A stretch of DNA of 64,000 nucleotides from positions 22,264-86,263 of the forward strand of contig CAJOLR010000007.1 in the NCBI GenBank assembly GCA_905235565.1, read 5' to 3'. A program made the position numbers and the translations under genes. Every line of letters begins with the position of its first letter. Position 1 is the first letter of the stretch. Below are positions 46,864 to 56,926 of the stretch, piece by piece. Below the pieces are notes generated by a model that did not search any database, was not told the DNA's origin, and was given only the letters and a program-made list of their open reading frames with translations. The stretch comes from an uncultured Bacteroidaceae bacterium. Lineage in GTDB: Bacteria; Bacteroidota; Bacteroidia; Bacteroidales; Bacteroidaceae.

Positions 46864-48840
46864 ATGAAACTGAAAACGATATTGACATTTGCTTTTGCCG
46901 CTTCATTTGCGGCAGGGGTAATATCTTGCGAAGATATGCTCAAGGTTGATTCCAAGACAGTTATGTTCGAAAGCCAGCATCAGCTTGACGAGGCTACCGA
47001 TACAACATATTCAGTTCTTGGCATAATCAGGCAGCTGCAGAAGGTAGCAGACCGCAGTGTCATTCTGGGTGAAGTGCGCGGTGATCTGGTTGAATTGACC
47101 GACCATGCCACAGACGATCTGCGTGAAATCTACAGTTTTGATTTCCACAATGTCAAGAAGACCAACAAGTATGATCAGGCTCTTGATTATTATTCCATAA
47201 TCAACAACTGCAACTACTATATCAACAACGTAGACCTTGATTACAAACGTAACGAGGAGTATGTATTCCGTAAGGAGTATATTGTAGTTCTTTGCTACAG
47301 GGCTTGGGCATACCTTCAGCTTGCCCAGGCTTATGGTGAGGTTCCGTACTTTGAAAAACCTATTACCGGTGATGTCTCATTGGCCGACTGCAATAAGCTT
47401 AACATCAAGGAACTTGCCCTGACCCTGCTGGTTGATTTCAAGGACGAGTACATGGATTATGAGTTGCCCAACTACGGTGACCTTCAGGCTGAGACGACAG
47501 GTTCAAAGACCCCGTCTTCACACAGGTCAACAGAACTCTTCATACCTGTAAGGCTTATCATGGGTGATCTCTATCTTTGGGCCGAGGATTATGCTCATGC
47601 AGCTCTATGCTATCATGGTTTCCTTACAGACTCCAAAAAGAAGACCTATCCTACCGGAACCAACGGTGTGCTTTGGAGATCAAATGATTTCCTGTCCGTA
47701 AACGGTTTTTCCGCAACTTATACCAATCTGTTCTCCGACGGTAACTATCTGTGCTATATACCCATGGAGGTTGATGAGTACAGCGGTACCATAAGCGACC
47801 TGCCCAATATCTTCAATTCAACCGAAGATAATTACAACTGGTATCAGATGACTTATTCCCGCGGAGCAACCGCTTTGAGCGTACGTCAGACATATTGCTA
47901 TCATTCACGTTATTCAAGCATCAACCCCCGCCAGTGGGCCGATTATATTAATAAGGAAGACGAGGAGGTTATACTTTATCGTGGTGACCTGAGATTGAAC
48001 GAGGCATTTACTCACAGATCGACGGAACTGACAGTTGAGCAACTCAACACCGGTAAGTATTCTACCGAAACTCAAACGTTAAATAAAATTAATTCAGAAA
48101 AAATTTGGTTATATCGTAAAGACGTGGTATATTTGAGGCTTGCAGAGGCACTGAATAGGTGTGGACTACCTCAAACGGCATTTGCCATACTTAAAACCGG
48201 TCTTTGCAATGAGAACATTGATACCTTAAGGGCTCGTGGATTACTCACTCATGAGATAGAGAGGTCACGTAACATCGATGGCGTTGACATCAGTTCCGTA
48301 TACTCTTTCCCGACCCAGTATTTCACCAGGGCAACAGCAACCTGGACAACCACCAATTTAGGAGGAGGTTCTGCATCTGCCCAGGCTATGTATGAGGTTT
48401 TCGCCTGGGGTCCTGTCATGAATGTGGGTAACACGATTGGTCTCCATTCACGCGGTTGCGGTGATGCCGATTATGATCCCCAGTATCGTATTCCGGTTGA
48501 CTCCACTGCTGCAGTCATAACGCTGACCGACTCAATCCGTGCGGTTGAGGAGGCTCTGATTGACGAGATGGGTCTGGAAACCTGTTTTGAGGGTTACCGT
48601 TTTGGCGACTTGATGCGTATAGCAATGCACCGTGCCGCTGATGAGGGACATCCCGGATACGGTGGTTTCGCCGAGAATGAATTCCTTGCCAAGCGCGTAG
48701 CTGTACGTGAGGATGCCACCTTGGACGAGACTCAGGACCGTTATTCGGTCATGGATGATGAACTCTACCAGAAGCTTCTTGGTACAGACCAGAAGGCTTT
48801 GAACAAGAACTGGTTCCTGGTTCTGCCTGACGAAAAGTGA
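46864..48840 (+). CDS. SusD/RagB-family lipoprotein (second copy, long form, 658 aa)
   Basis: Lipobox AGVISC then EDMLKVDS. Directly downstream of the second SusC, with helical repeat character. Confidence 0.85.
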   Translation: MKLKTILTFAFAASFAAGVISCEDMLKVDSKTVMFESQHQLDEATDTTYSVLGIIRQLQKVADRSVILGEVRGDLVELTDHATDDLREIYSFDFHNVKKTNKYDQALDYYSIINNCNYYINNVDLDYKRNEEYVFRKEYIVVLCYRAWAYLQLAQAYGEVPYFEKPITGDVSLADCNKLNIKELALTLLVDFKDEYMDYELPNYGDLQAETTGSKTPSSHRSTELFIPVRLIMGDLYLWAEDYAHAALCYHGFLTDSKKKTYPTGTNGVLWRSNDFLSVNGFSATYTNLFSDGNYLCYIPMEVDEYSGTISDLPNIFNSTEDNYNWYQMTYSRGATALSVRQTYCYHSRYSSINPRQWADYINKEDEEVILYRGDLRLNEAFTHRSTELTVEQLNTGKYSTETQTLNKINSEKIWLYRKDVVYLRLAEALNRCGLPQTAFAILKTGLCNENIDTLRARGLLTHEIERSRNIDGVDISSVYSFPTQYFTRATATWTTTNLGGGSASAQAMYEVFAWGPVMNVGNTIGLHSRGCGDADYDPQYRIPVDSTAAVITLTDSIRAVEEALIDEMGLETCFEGYRFGDLMRIAMHRAADEGHPGYGGFAENEFLAKRVAVREDATLDETQDRYSVMDDELYQKLLGTDQKALNKNWFLVLPDEK

Positions 48841-48883
48841 TTCAATGGACTGAAAGTGTTCTGATAAAGGATTTTGAAAATAT

Positions 48884-48917
48884 ACCTGCAGCTGTGCAGA
48901 ATTGCACAGCTACAGGT
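48884..48917 (+). terminator. hairpin terminator after the SusCD operon
   Basis: 15-bp stem ACCTGCAGCTGTGCA / TGCACAGCTACAGGT (one mismatch), 4-nt loop, followed by only a short TT. Confidence 0.6.
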
Positions 48918-49008
48918 TTAAAGGACTTAAAAAACATATTATTAACCGTTTAAACAACAATTAGAGAGAGAATTAATTTTAACCTATTTATTAATTAAAT
49001 TTCATTTT

Positions 49009-52000
49009 ATGAAGAAACGAGACTTATTATTTGCAAGTTTACTCCTTTTTGGAGCAACCGCTTTTGCACAGCCTCAGCGTACCTCTCAGGATCCTAAGGA
49101 ACTTTTCTTCCAGGATTTTGAGGATGATTTCGAAGCTTGGAAAGAAAAGGAAGTTGACCGTATTGATGTACTCAAGTACTACAACAACAGCCAGACTGGA
49201 ACCAAGGCTAGCACGAAAATCTGGGAAAACAAGGCTGACTGGGATTGGAACAATGCAATCGAAAGAACTGACTCAGTTCTTATCCTTAAGAACGGTGTTA
49301 TGACAACCGATAATGCCGGTGAGGTTCAGAACTATTCCAAGGATAAGTATACTATCCTGAACGATGTGTCACAGGGTCGTAAGGACGCTTTCGAACAGTT
49401 CGGCGAGGCAGACAAGGGAGGTAATTATGTATTCCAGTACATCGCTGATTCCTGCCATTGGTCAGACTGGTCTGGTTCACATACTTATTCACCTAACTAT
49501 CGTCGTAACCTGTTTGTACGTGGTCTTCCTATCGAGGATACCACCTCTTACCGTCTTACTTTCTATGTTAAGGCCACTAAGGTTAAGTCAGGCGCGCTGC
49601 CCCGTATGTACGCCGATGTGATGCGCGGTTATTTCCACGCTGAGAAGCCATTCTCAATGGGTCTTGAGGATGATGCCAACAACATGAAGTACAAGGCTAC
49701 CTATGCTTACGAAAAGCGCGGTTGGGGTGAGCCTACAGAAGATGATCCGGATCCTTTCACCGGAGAATGGGAGAAGGTTACATTCATGACCTACTACACC
49801 AATGACTCTATCGCCAACAGCTTCGTATTCATCGACGGTTACTGGTGGGATAGCGATTGGGCATGGACCAAGGGTTCAAAGGAGCCTGTTCCTACCGATC
49901 ACAACCTTATCTACACCGTACAGCCTGACAAGTTCTTCGTTCGTCTGTCATTCAGTTCGGATGATACTGAGTTCCTGGTTGATAACATCTCTCTGACCAA
50001 GTCAAACATCGGTGGTGTCGAGTATTCAGGCAGCAAGATCCGTATCGACTTCGGTTACAAGACAAACCTTGCCGAACTTGCCAAGGCTGCTTATGCGCTG
50101 AACAAGATTGAAGCCGTTGAGGTTCAGAACGAGGGTCTTAAATATTTCACCGTTTGGGGTAAGAATACAACCGGTTGGTCAAGAATCCCTATCGCATCAG
50201 CTGAGTATCACGGAGACGGCTACATGTACATGTTTGCCGCTGAAGCTTCAAACGGTGAGCCTTACTCATTCGACAGCTATGATTCAGTTCTTGTTTCATT
50301 CAACAACCCTGTTGACAAACCTGAGCTGACGCTTAAGTACACTGGTGACGGCAAGAGTTCAACCAACACATTCCCCAGACCTTGGGATACCGCTTGGATC
50401 CGCGCCGGAAAGATTGTTCCTAACTTCTACAATGAGGTAGGTAAGAAGAACCCGTACGCTGTAGCAGGTGTGTTCTCAATGAAGGAGCTTCCTCCAGTAG
50501 TACAGGAGACAGAGTATGAGGAGAATTCATTTGGTATTCCTGCTGACATCGAGACCATCTGGCTCAAGTTCTCAAGAAAGATTGATATCGATAATCTCGG
50601 TTTGAATTCAACCAAGCTGATTGCCAAGTTGGGCGGCGAGCTCCTTACTCCTTCTTGGGATGATGAGAACTCAAGACTTATCCTGACCCGTACAGGCAGT
50701 GCTCCTCTGGCAGGTGACAAGGAGCTGACTCTTATCCAGCTTAAGGGTATCGGTACTCCCGAGGCTAAGCCTCTGACATACCACTATCACTTCGGTGATT
50801 ACACACGTTTCGAGCCTAACTCAAAGAGTTCAGACTGGAGAAGTGAGATCAAAATCACTGAGCAAGATGGTCTGTGGAGACGTCCTATCCCGTCAAGCCT
50901 CTATTATTGGTATGCTTCTGAGGGCTTCTTCAAGGGCGATGGCGGCAACCAGTACTGGGATAATGACGGCACACAGAAGAGAACATCTCTCGGTCTTTAC
51001 AAGATGAATCCCAATTCCAAGTTCGGTGACTGCTGGTTCTATCTGTCAGGTGGTGGCCAGAATGTAAAGGGTAACCTCTACACAGTTGAAACTCTTACAG
51101 CTGGTAGTTATGTCCTGAGCTTCCCGGCTTACGGTTGGGGTAGCACATCCCGTCCTATCACTACCGTCAAGGTTTATCCTGCACCTTCTATGATCAACAC
51201 TCATGAGGCACTCGACACTCTGTCAGGCAAGATGGAGATTGGTAAGATTACAGCTACCAACTACCAGAGAGCTTATTCAGGTGATGAGCCTAAGTCAATC
51301 GATCCGACCTCCGGTTATAATGACGATAACCTGAACTGGGGTGACAACACCAACATCTTTGAGTTCCCGTTCAAGGTTGATGCTACCGGCGATTACGTAA
51401 TCGAGTGGGAGGTTATAAGTTCTTCTTCAACTTCATATTACGGTATAGCTCTTGGAAACTACACTATCTCTGACGCTGTTGACGGACTCTGGTTCGAGCC
51501 TACCAACAGACTTAACAAGTCCGTTAAGGAAGCTAACGCAGTGATTGAAACTGCTATTGCTGAGGTAAGCCTCTACGGCGGTGCTGATCTGCAAGCCCTC
51601 CAGGCTCAGGTTCAAAAGGATAAGATTGGTGGTACATTCACCAGCATCAAGCCTTCTGAGTGGGCTGCCGAGAAGAGCGCTCTTGACAAGCTTGTAAGTG
51701 ACTTCTCTGGTCGTATGGCTGAACTTGACAAGATGAAGGCTGCCAAGGATTCAGTTGACAGAATCGTCAGCACATGGAACGGTAAGCTTGAGGGAGGTAC
51801 TCTGAGCTATGCTGATGCTATTGCAGGTTCAAGAAGCTATACAAATGTTGACTACACAGTACTGTCTCTTGATTCAGTCAAGAAGTCAACCGATGCTCTG
51901 AACACACTTATCAAGAACTTCAATGACTATCGTACTGAGATGGTCAACTTCACCAAGAACAAGGCCGCTTCATATGACCTGCTTACCAAGTATGCCGACA

Positions 52001-53115
52001 AGTACGTTGCTCTGGCAGAGTATAAGGCTATCTCCGATACTTATGAGCTCTATGCAGACTATGATACCGTCGGATCTCAGATTGATTCCCTGAAGAATGT
52101 TATCAAGCAGTTCGCTGATGCTAATGCTGCTCTGAAGGGTAAGTTCACTGCTGTCAAGATCTATGATATGCAGATTGAGGGTCTTGCCGATTTCATCAGC
52201 GCTCTGGATGCAGATGTTGAGGTTCCCGAGGAGGTTGAGGAAATGGATATTCTCCTTGACGACAAGATCGGCTTCTACATGCTGTATGCTCAGGAAGCTC
52301 TCTATATAGCAATTGCCGATGGTCTTCTGGCCGAAGATGATACAATTGACGTTACAAGTGCATTCATCACCAACAATGCTCTGTACACAACTATGACTTC
52401 AGCTCAGGTTGGTAGTAGAGGTCTTATGCGCGACAATGTTGCCAGTGCAGGTGGAACTCCTCTGGACTTCGACTTCTTCCCAGGTTGGAAGGTTGCCATT
52501 AAGAAGGGTAATCCTTACATCGGTGGTACTTCATGGGGTAACAGTAGCTGCCTTGCTACCGAGGGTAACATAAGCAATGCTTATCTGGTTCTTGACTGGA
52601 ATACCGGTGTTACATTCGAGCAGACACTCGAGGCTCTGCCTGCAGGTAACTATACTCTTGGCGTAGGTTACGGTATCTCACCCAGTGCAAACGACGGTAA
52701 GTTCGGTGTATATGAGATTACCGATCAGGATACTCTCATTGCAATTGCTGACACTGTATTCTACACTAGTAGCGGTGCGGGTGGTACAGGTAGTGGCACA
52801 AAGCCCAACAACTACCTTACCTTCGAGACCACAACAGGTGTCAAGCTGTTGCTGAATCCTTCTTGCGGTGACAATGGTTGGAACTCATTTGATAATGTAA
52901 CTCTCCAGTACAACGGTCCTGCTCAGGACTTCGATTACGACAACGCAATCGCTGATGTTGATGCTGCTATCGAATTGAAGACAACTGTTGCTCCTGTCAA
53001 GGCTGCCAATACTTCTAAGTACTACAACCTGAACGGTGTTGAGCAGACAGCTCCTAAGGCTGGTCTCAATATCAAGGTTGAGAACGGTGTAGCAACAAAG
53101 GTTTTCGTTAAGTAA
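49009..53115 (+). CDS. 1368-aa secreted modular protein of unknown function with a T9SS C-terminal sorting tail
   Basis: SPI-type signal (FGATAFAQ). It has three beta-sandwich/CBM-like segments (TSYRLTFYVKA..LVDNISLTK; LTAGSYVLSF..DYVIEWEV; LPAGNYTLGVGY..FDNVTLQY), a helical spacer of about 280 aa, and the C-terminal tail YYNLNGVEQTAPKAGLNIKVENGVATKVFVK. Confidence 0.8.
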   Translation: MKKRDLLFASLLLFGATAFAQPQRTSQDPKELFFQDFEDDFEAWKEKEVDRIDVLKYYNNSQTGTKASTKIWENKADWDWNNAIERTDSVLILKNGVMTTDNAGEVQNYSKDKYTILNDVSQGRKDAFEQFGEADKGGNYVFQYIADSCHWSDWSGSHTYSPNYRRNLFVRGLPIEDTTSYRLTFYVKATKVKSGALPRMYADVMRGYFHAEKPFSMGLEDDANNMKYKATYAYEKRGWGEPTEDDPDPFTGEWEKVTFMTYYTNDSIANSFVFIDGYWWDSDWAWTKGSKEPVPTDHNLIYTVQPDKFFVRLSFSSDDTEFLVDNISLTKSNIGGVEYSGSKIRIDFGYKTNLAELAKAAYALNKIEAVEVQNEGLKYFTVWGKNTTGWSRIPIASAEYHGDGYMYMFAAEASNGEPYSFDSYDSVLVSFNNPVDKPELTLKYTGDGKSSTNTFPRPWDTAWIRAGKIVPNFYNEVGKKNPYAVAGVFSMKELPPVVQETEYEENSFGIPADIETIWLKFSRKIDIDNLGLNSTKLIAKLGGELLTPSWDDENSRLILTRTGSAPLAGDKELTLIQLKGIGTPEAKPLTYHYHFGDYTRFEPNSKSSDWRSEIKITEQDGLWRRPIPSSLYYWYASEGFFKGDGGNQYWDNDGTQKRTSLGLYKMNPNSKFGDCWFYLSGGGQNVKGNLYTVETLTAGSYVLSFPAYGWGSTSRPITTVKVYPAPSMINTHEALDTLSGKMEIGKITATNYQRAYSGDEPKSIDPTSGYNDDNLNWGDNTNIFEFPFKVDATGDYVIEWEVISSSSTSYYGIALGNYTISDAVDGLWFEPTNRLNKSVKEANAVIETAIAEVSLYGGADLQALQAQVQKDKIGGTFTSIKPSEWAAEKSALDKLVSDFSGRMAELDKMKAAKDSVDRIVSTWNGKLEGGTLSYADAIAGSRSYTNVDYTVLSLDSVKKSTDALNTLIKNFNDYRTEMVNFTKNKAASYDLLTKYADKYVALAEYKAISDTYELYADYDTVGSQIDSLKNVIKQFADANAALKGKFTAVKIYDMQIEGLADFISALDADVEVPEEVEEMDILLDDKIGFYMLYAQEALYIAIADGLLAEDDTIDVTSAFITNNALYTTMTSAQVGSRGLMRDNVASAGGTPLDFDFFPGWKVAIKKGNPYIGGTSWGNSSCLATEGNISNAYLVLDWNTGVTFEQTLEALPAGNYTLGVGYGISPSANDGKFGVYEITDQDTLIAIADTVFYTSSGAGGTGSGTKPNNYLTFETTTGVKLLLNPSCGDNGWNSFDNVTLQYNGPAQDFDYDNAIADVDAAIELKTTVAPVKAANTSKYYNLNGVEQTAPKAGLNIKVENGVATKVFVK
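52915..53112 (+). other. putative T9SS (Por) C-terminal sorting domain
   Basis: The last 66 aa end with ...SKYYNLNGVEQTAPKAGLNIKVENGVATKVFVK. This matches the Y-x-L-x-G ... G-L/I-x-I ... K-V-x-V-K pattern of type A CTDs as I recall it. Confidence 0.55.
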
Positions 53116-53136
53116 ACTATAAGCTATAATCTGTCT

Positions 53137-53179
53137 GAATCGGCGGAAAGCTTCGGCTATCCGCCGATTCTTTTGTTTT
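53137..53179 (+). terminator. rho-independent terminator
   Basis: 11-bp stem GAATCGGCGGA / TCCGCCGATTC followed by TTTTGTTTT. Confidence 0.8.
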
Positions 53180-53280
53180 ATAACTTTTTTCCATTGTGTC
53201 TATGCAGTTTGCCTAAAAGAGGGTATCTTTATACTTTGATTACCAAGTAGTGCAGATTATTAACCTTTTTATATTAATAA

Positions 53281-54633
53281 ATGAAAGCAAGATTAACCTT
53301 AGTGGCCGTTCTGATGATGGCCGGTATTGCCTCACAGGCACAGAACCCTATTATCCGTGATCAGTTCTCGGCTGACCCGTCAGCTCTTGTAGTAGGCGAC
53401 CGCGTCTATGTGTTCCCGTCACATGACATTCCTGCTCCCGATGAGTATGCTCGTAAGGACTGGTTCTGCATGGCAGACTACCATGTATTTTCAAGTGATA
53501 ATCTCACAGACTGGAAAGACCATGGTGTAATTGTTGACCAGTGGACTGCACCCTGGGTAAATGAGAGAGGTTACTCCATGTGGGCTCCTGACTGTAAGCA
53601 GAATCCCAACAATGGTGATTATTATTTCTTCTGGCCGGCAGGTGCAAAACCGCAGCCAACTGCAGACGGAAGACGTGGCATGGGCGGCAACCGCGTTGGT
53701 ATTGCAATAGCCCATAATCCTTTTGGTCCGTATATTCCCGAGGCTACTCCTCTGGATGGTGTAGGCGGTATCGATCCCTGTATATTTGTCGATGATGACG
53801 GAACCGGTTATCTGGTAATGCCTGGTATCACCATCACCAAGCTGAACCCTGACTGGAAGTCTGTATCAACCGATCCTGCTGACCGCCACCGTGTCGAGGA
53901 GGTACCCACCAAGGGCCTTGTAGAGGGTCCGTATCTGTTCAAGCATAATGGAAAATATTATATGACATTCCCCTGGGCACGTGATGTGGAGGAGGTTCTT
54001 GCTTATTGCATGGCCGATAACATCTTTGGTCCCTACAAGTTCATGGGCGTATTCTTTGAGGAGCATGCAAACAAGTGCTGGACCAATCATCACTCCATCA
54101 TTGATTTCAAGGGCCAGACCTATCTGTTCTATCATCACAATGATTTCTCGCCAGCTTTTGACAAGAACCGTTCAGTATGCGCCGACTCAATATTCTTTGA
54201 GACCGATGGCTCCATCCGCATGGTCAAGCCGTCTCTGCGTGGAATCGGTATAACAGAGTCATGCAATGAGATTCAGATAGACCGTTATTCTGAGATAAGC
54301 CAGAATGGCGATTCTATAGCATATCTTGATACCGATAATTACTTTGCCGGTTGGAAGACTGTATTCTACGAGCAGGGTTCATGGGTAAAGTACAATACCG
54401 TAAACTTTGCAAAGGCTCCCAAGAGAGTAAAGGTAAAGGTTGTAACTCCTTCGACCGGAACTCTTGAGATACTCCAGGATGATAAGGTTATCTCCAAGGT
54501 CAAGATCAGCCCCAAGAGCGATGCATCCGAGGTTGTTGCCGATGTAAAGGGAGCCGCAACAGGTGTACATCACCTGAAGGTTCGTCTGGCTTCCAAAGGC
54601 AATGTACAGGTAGACTGGCTCTCGTTTGAATAA
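53281..54633 (+). CDS. GH43 glycoside hydrolase with C-terminal CBM6-like module
   Basis: SPI signal, SADPSALVVGDRVYVFPSHD. The C-terminal 130 aa (IQIDRYSEIS...GSWVKYNTVNF...VDWLSFE) look like CBM6. Confidence 0.85.
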   Translation: MKARLTLVAVLMMAGIASQAQNPIIRDQFSADPSALVVGDRVYVFPSHDIPAPDEYARKDWFCMADYHVFSSDNLTDWKDHGVIVDQWTAPWVNERGYSMWAPDCKQNPNNGDYYFFWPAGAKPQPTADGRRGMGGNRVGIAIAHNPFGPYIPEATPLDGVGGIDPCIFVDDDGTGYLVMPGITITKLNPDWKSVSTDPADRHRVEEVPTKGLVEGPYLFKHNGKYYMTFPWARDVEEVLAYCMADNIFGPYKFMGVFFEEHANKCWTNHHSIIDFKGQTYLFYHHNDFSPAFDKNRSVCADSIFFETDGSIRMVKPSLRGIGITESCNEIQIDRYSEISQNGDSIAYLDTDNYFAGWKTVFYEQGSWVKYNTVNFAKAPKRVKVKVVTPSTGTLEILQDDKVISKVKISPKSDASEVVADVKGAATGVHHLKVRLASKGNVQVDWLSFE

Positions 54634-54651
54634 AGTAATAATATGTGTGGT

Positions 54652-56277
54652 ATGAAAACTAAAATAATATTTGCAGCAGTGATGTCCATGCTTTTTACAG
54701 CATGGACAGGCTGTACTGCCATAAACAAGACTACAGAGTGTGTTAATCCGCTCACATATACGGATATTCCGGATAATGACTGGATCCGTGTGGGTGATGA
54801 CTATTATATGGTAAGTACAACCATGTATTTCTGCCCGGGTGCTCCTATAATGCACTCCAAGGATCTGGTTCATTGGGAGTTGATCAGTTATGTGTATGAT
54901 TATCTTGCCGATGATGATACCTATAACCTGCGTAACGGCCGTAATGCCTACGGCAAGGGCCAGTGGGCAACCTCATTACGTTATGTAAACGGTACATATT
55001 ATGCTCTGTTCATTGCCAATGACCAGGGCAAGACATTTATCTACAAGACCAAGGATATTACCAAGAGCAATTGGGAACGTTCAGTGATCAACCGTGCATT
55101 CCATGATGCCAGTATGCTCTTTGAGGACGGACATCTTTATGTTGTCTGGGGTAACGGTGAGATCCGCATCATCGAACTGGAGCCCGACGGATCGGCAATA
55201 AAGGCCGGTGCCCAGGAGAGAGTCCTGATTGATTCTCCGCGCCAGGGATACAATCTGCGTGCAGAGGGCGCCCATATCTATCACATAGGTGACTACTATT
55301 ATATCCTGGAGATAGACTGGCCAAGCGGCGGCGTGCGTACAGAGACTGCATGGCGTTCCAAGGATCTGTTTGGTCCGTATGAGAGCAAGGTCATACTGAG
55401 CGGCGCTTTTGATGGACGTGGAGACGGTGTCGCCCAGGGCGGTATCATTGAAACGCAGAACGGAGACTGGTATGCAATAATGTTCCAGGATCATGGAGCG
55501 GTTGGCCGTATACCAACCCTGCAGCCTGTCAATTGGGTTGACGGCTGGCCAATCTTGGGTGACAATACAAAGCCGGTAAAACAGTTTACCGTTAACCTGC
55601 CCGAGAGCGGAAAGAACCGTACATGGGATAATGATGAGTTCAACTATAAGAAGAATGAACTGGATCTGGTATGGCAGTGGAGCCATAAGCCGGACAACAG
55701 TGCCTGGTCTGTCACGGACCGTAAGGGCTGGCTTAGACTTAAAACCGGTCAGATAGCTACAAACGTAATGAATGCCCGAAATACGCTTACCCAGCGTACT
55801 GTAGGCCCGCGCTGCTATAGCGAGGTGCTGATGGATGCCAGCGGCATGAAACCGGGTGACAAGGCCGGAATCATAGCTTTCCAGAGCAATTACTGCACCA
55901 TTGGTGTTGAGGTGGCCGATGACGGAGTAAAAAGTCTGGTGGCTATGACTCACCGTAATATGGGACGCCGTCGCGGTCCGCAGGCCGAGAATGCCCCCAG
56001 CCCTGACACGGAGGCTCTGCGCATTCCTCTTTCTCAGGATAAGGTTTGGCTCAAGATCAGGTATGTGTTCACTCCCCAGGCGGAGGGTGAGCGTGCCGAT
56101 CAGGCATTTATGAGCTACTCCTTAGACGGTAAGAGCTGGGTGGATGTAGATGCAACCCTGCAGATGAGTTTCAGTCTTGACTATTTTACCGGCTATCGTA
56201 CCGGCCTATATAGTTTTGCAACAAAACAGGCAGGTGGTTATGCCGATTTCGACTATTTCCATCAGGACGTATATTGA
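54652..56277 (+). CDS. GH43 glycoside hydrolase (beta-xylosidase/arabinanase type) with C-terminal ConA-like beta-sandwich, lipoprotein
   Basis: Lipobox AWTGC, IRVGDDYYMVSTTMYFCPGAPIMHSKDLVHW, 541 aa counted from MKTKIIF. Confidence 0.85.
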   Translation: MKTKIIFAAVMSMLFTAWTGCTAINKTTECVNPLTYTDIPDNDWIRVGDDYYMVSTTMYFCPGAPIMHSKDLVHWELISYVYDYLADDDTYNLRNGRNAYGKGQWATSLRYVNGTYYALFIANDQGKTFIYKTKDITKSNWERSVINRAFHDASMLFEDGHLYVVWGNGEIRIIELEPDGSAIKAGAQERVLIDSPRQGYNLRAEGAHIYHIGDYYYILEIDWPSGGVRTETAWRSKDLFGPYESKVILSGAFDGRGDGVAQGGIIETQNGDWYAIMFQDHGAVGRIPTLQPVNWVDGWPILGDNTKPVKQFTVNLPESGKNRTWDNDEFNYKKNELDLVWQWSHKPDNSAWSVTDRKGWLRLKTGQIATNVMNARNTLTQRTVGPRCYSEVLMDASGMKPGDKAGIIAFQSNYCTIGVEVADDGVKSLVAMTHRNMGRRRGPQAENAPSPDTEALRIPLSQDKVWLKIRYVFTPQAEGERADQAFMSYSLDGKSWVDVDATLQMSFSLDYFTGYRTGLYSFATKQAGGYADFDYFHQDVY

Positions 56278-56335
56278 TCTGAAAAGTTAAAAAGATATAA
56301 TAATTTAACTTTCGTGCCGTGATGATATAATAGAG

Positions 56336-56926
56336 ATGAAACGTGATCGGAGTGACATAGTGAACAGCCAAGGATCTCTTTCAGTGAGCGATGAATCCAT
56401 TGCCCGTCTGCTATGTGATGACAATCACGTAGAAGAGGCTTTACGCCTCATCATGAAAAAATACGGTGAACAGCTGTATTGGCACATACGCCGAATGGTG
56501 GTGGCCCATGATGATGCTGAGGACTGTCTTCAGGAGACGATGATTAACGTATACAAGTACAGGAGCACATACTCCAATGAGTATCCGCTGTCATCATGGC
56601 TTTATAAGATTGCTACAAATGAGAGTCTTAAGCTCTTGAAGAACAAGTCCGGTTTTACGCTCTCTGTAGATGATCTGGGTGATTCACTCAAAAACAGCGT
56701 GCGTGAAGAGGCAAGCCCGGATGCTGATGAAACTCTGATTTTACTGCAGGAGGCAATAGCTTTGCTGCCGGCAAAACAGAAGATGGTGTTCAACCTTCGT
56801 TACTATGATGACAAGAGTTATGAAGAGATACACCAGATAGTAGGTGACAGTGTCAACACTTTAAAGACCAACTATCATTACGCGGTACAAAAGATAAAGG
56901 AATATATATTAGAACATCAGTTATGA
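56336..56926 (+). CDS. ECF-type RNA polymerase sigma factor
   Basis: Region 2 (DCLQETMINVYKY...WLYKIATN) and region 4 (LPAKQKMVFNLRYYDDKSYEEIHQIVGDSVNTLKTNYHYAVQKI). Confidence 0.85.
   Translation: MKRDRSDIVNSQGSLSVSDESIARLLCDDNHVEEALRLIMKKYGEQLYWHIRRMVVAHDDAEDCLQETMINVYKYRSTYSNEYPLSSWLYKIATNESLKLLKNKSGFTLSVDDLGDSLKNSVREEASPDADETLILLQEAIALLPAKQKMVFNLRYYDDKSYEEIHQIVGDSVNTLKTNYHYAVQKIKEYILEHQL

Noticed and set aside
53180-53280. Promoter box upstream of the GH43-CBM6 gene (TATCTTTATACTTTG)
   Set aside because: It contains near matches (TATCTTTA and TACTTTG) but no exact TAnnTTTG, so it is too weak to call as a feature.
55081-55953. 290-aa minus-strand ORF inside the GH43 gene at 54652-56277
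   Set aside because: It is antisense to a gene with clear GH43 motifs. It has no signal, no motifs and no promoter box.
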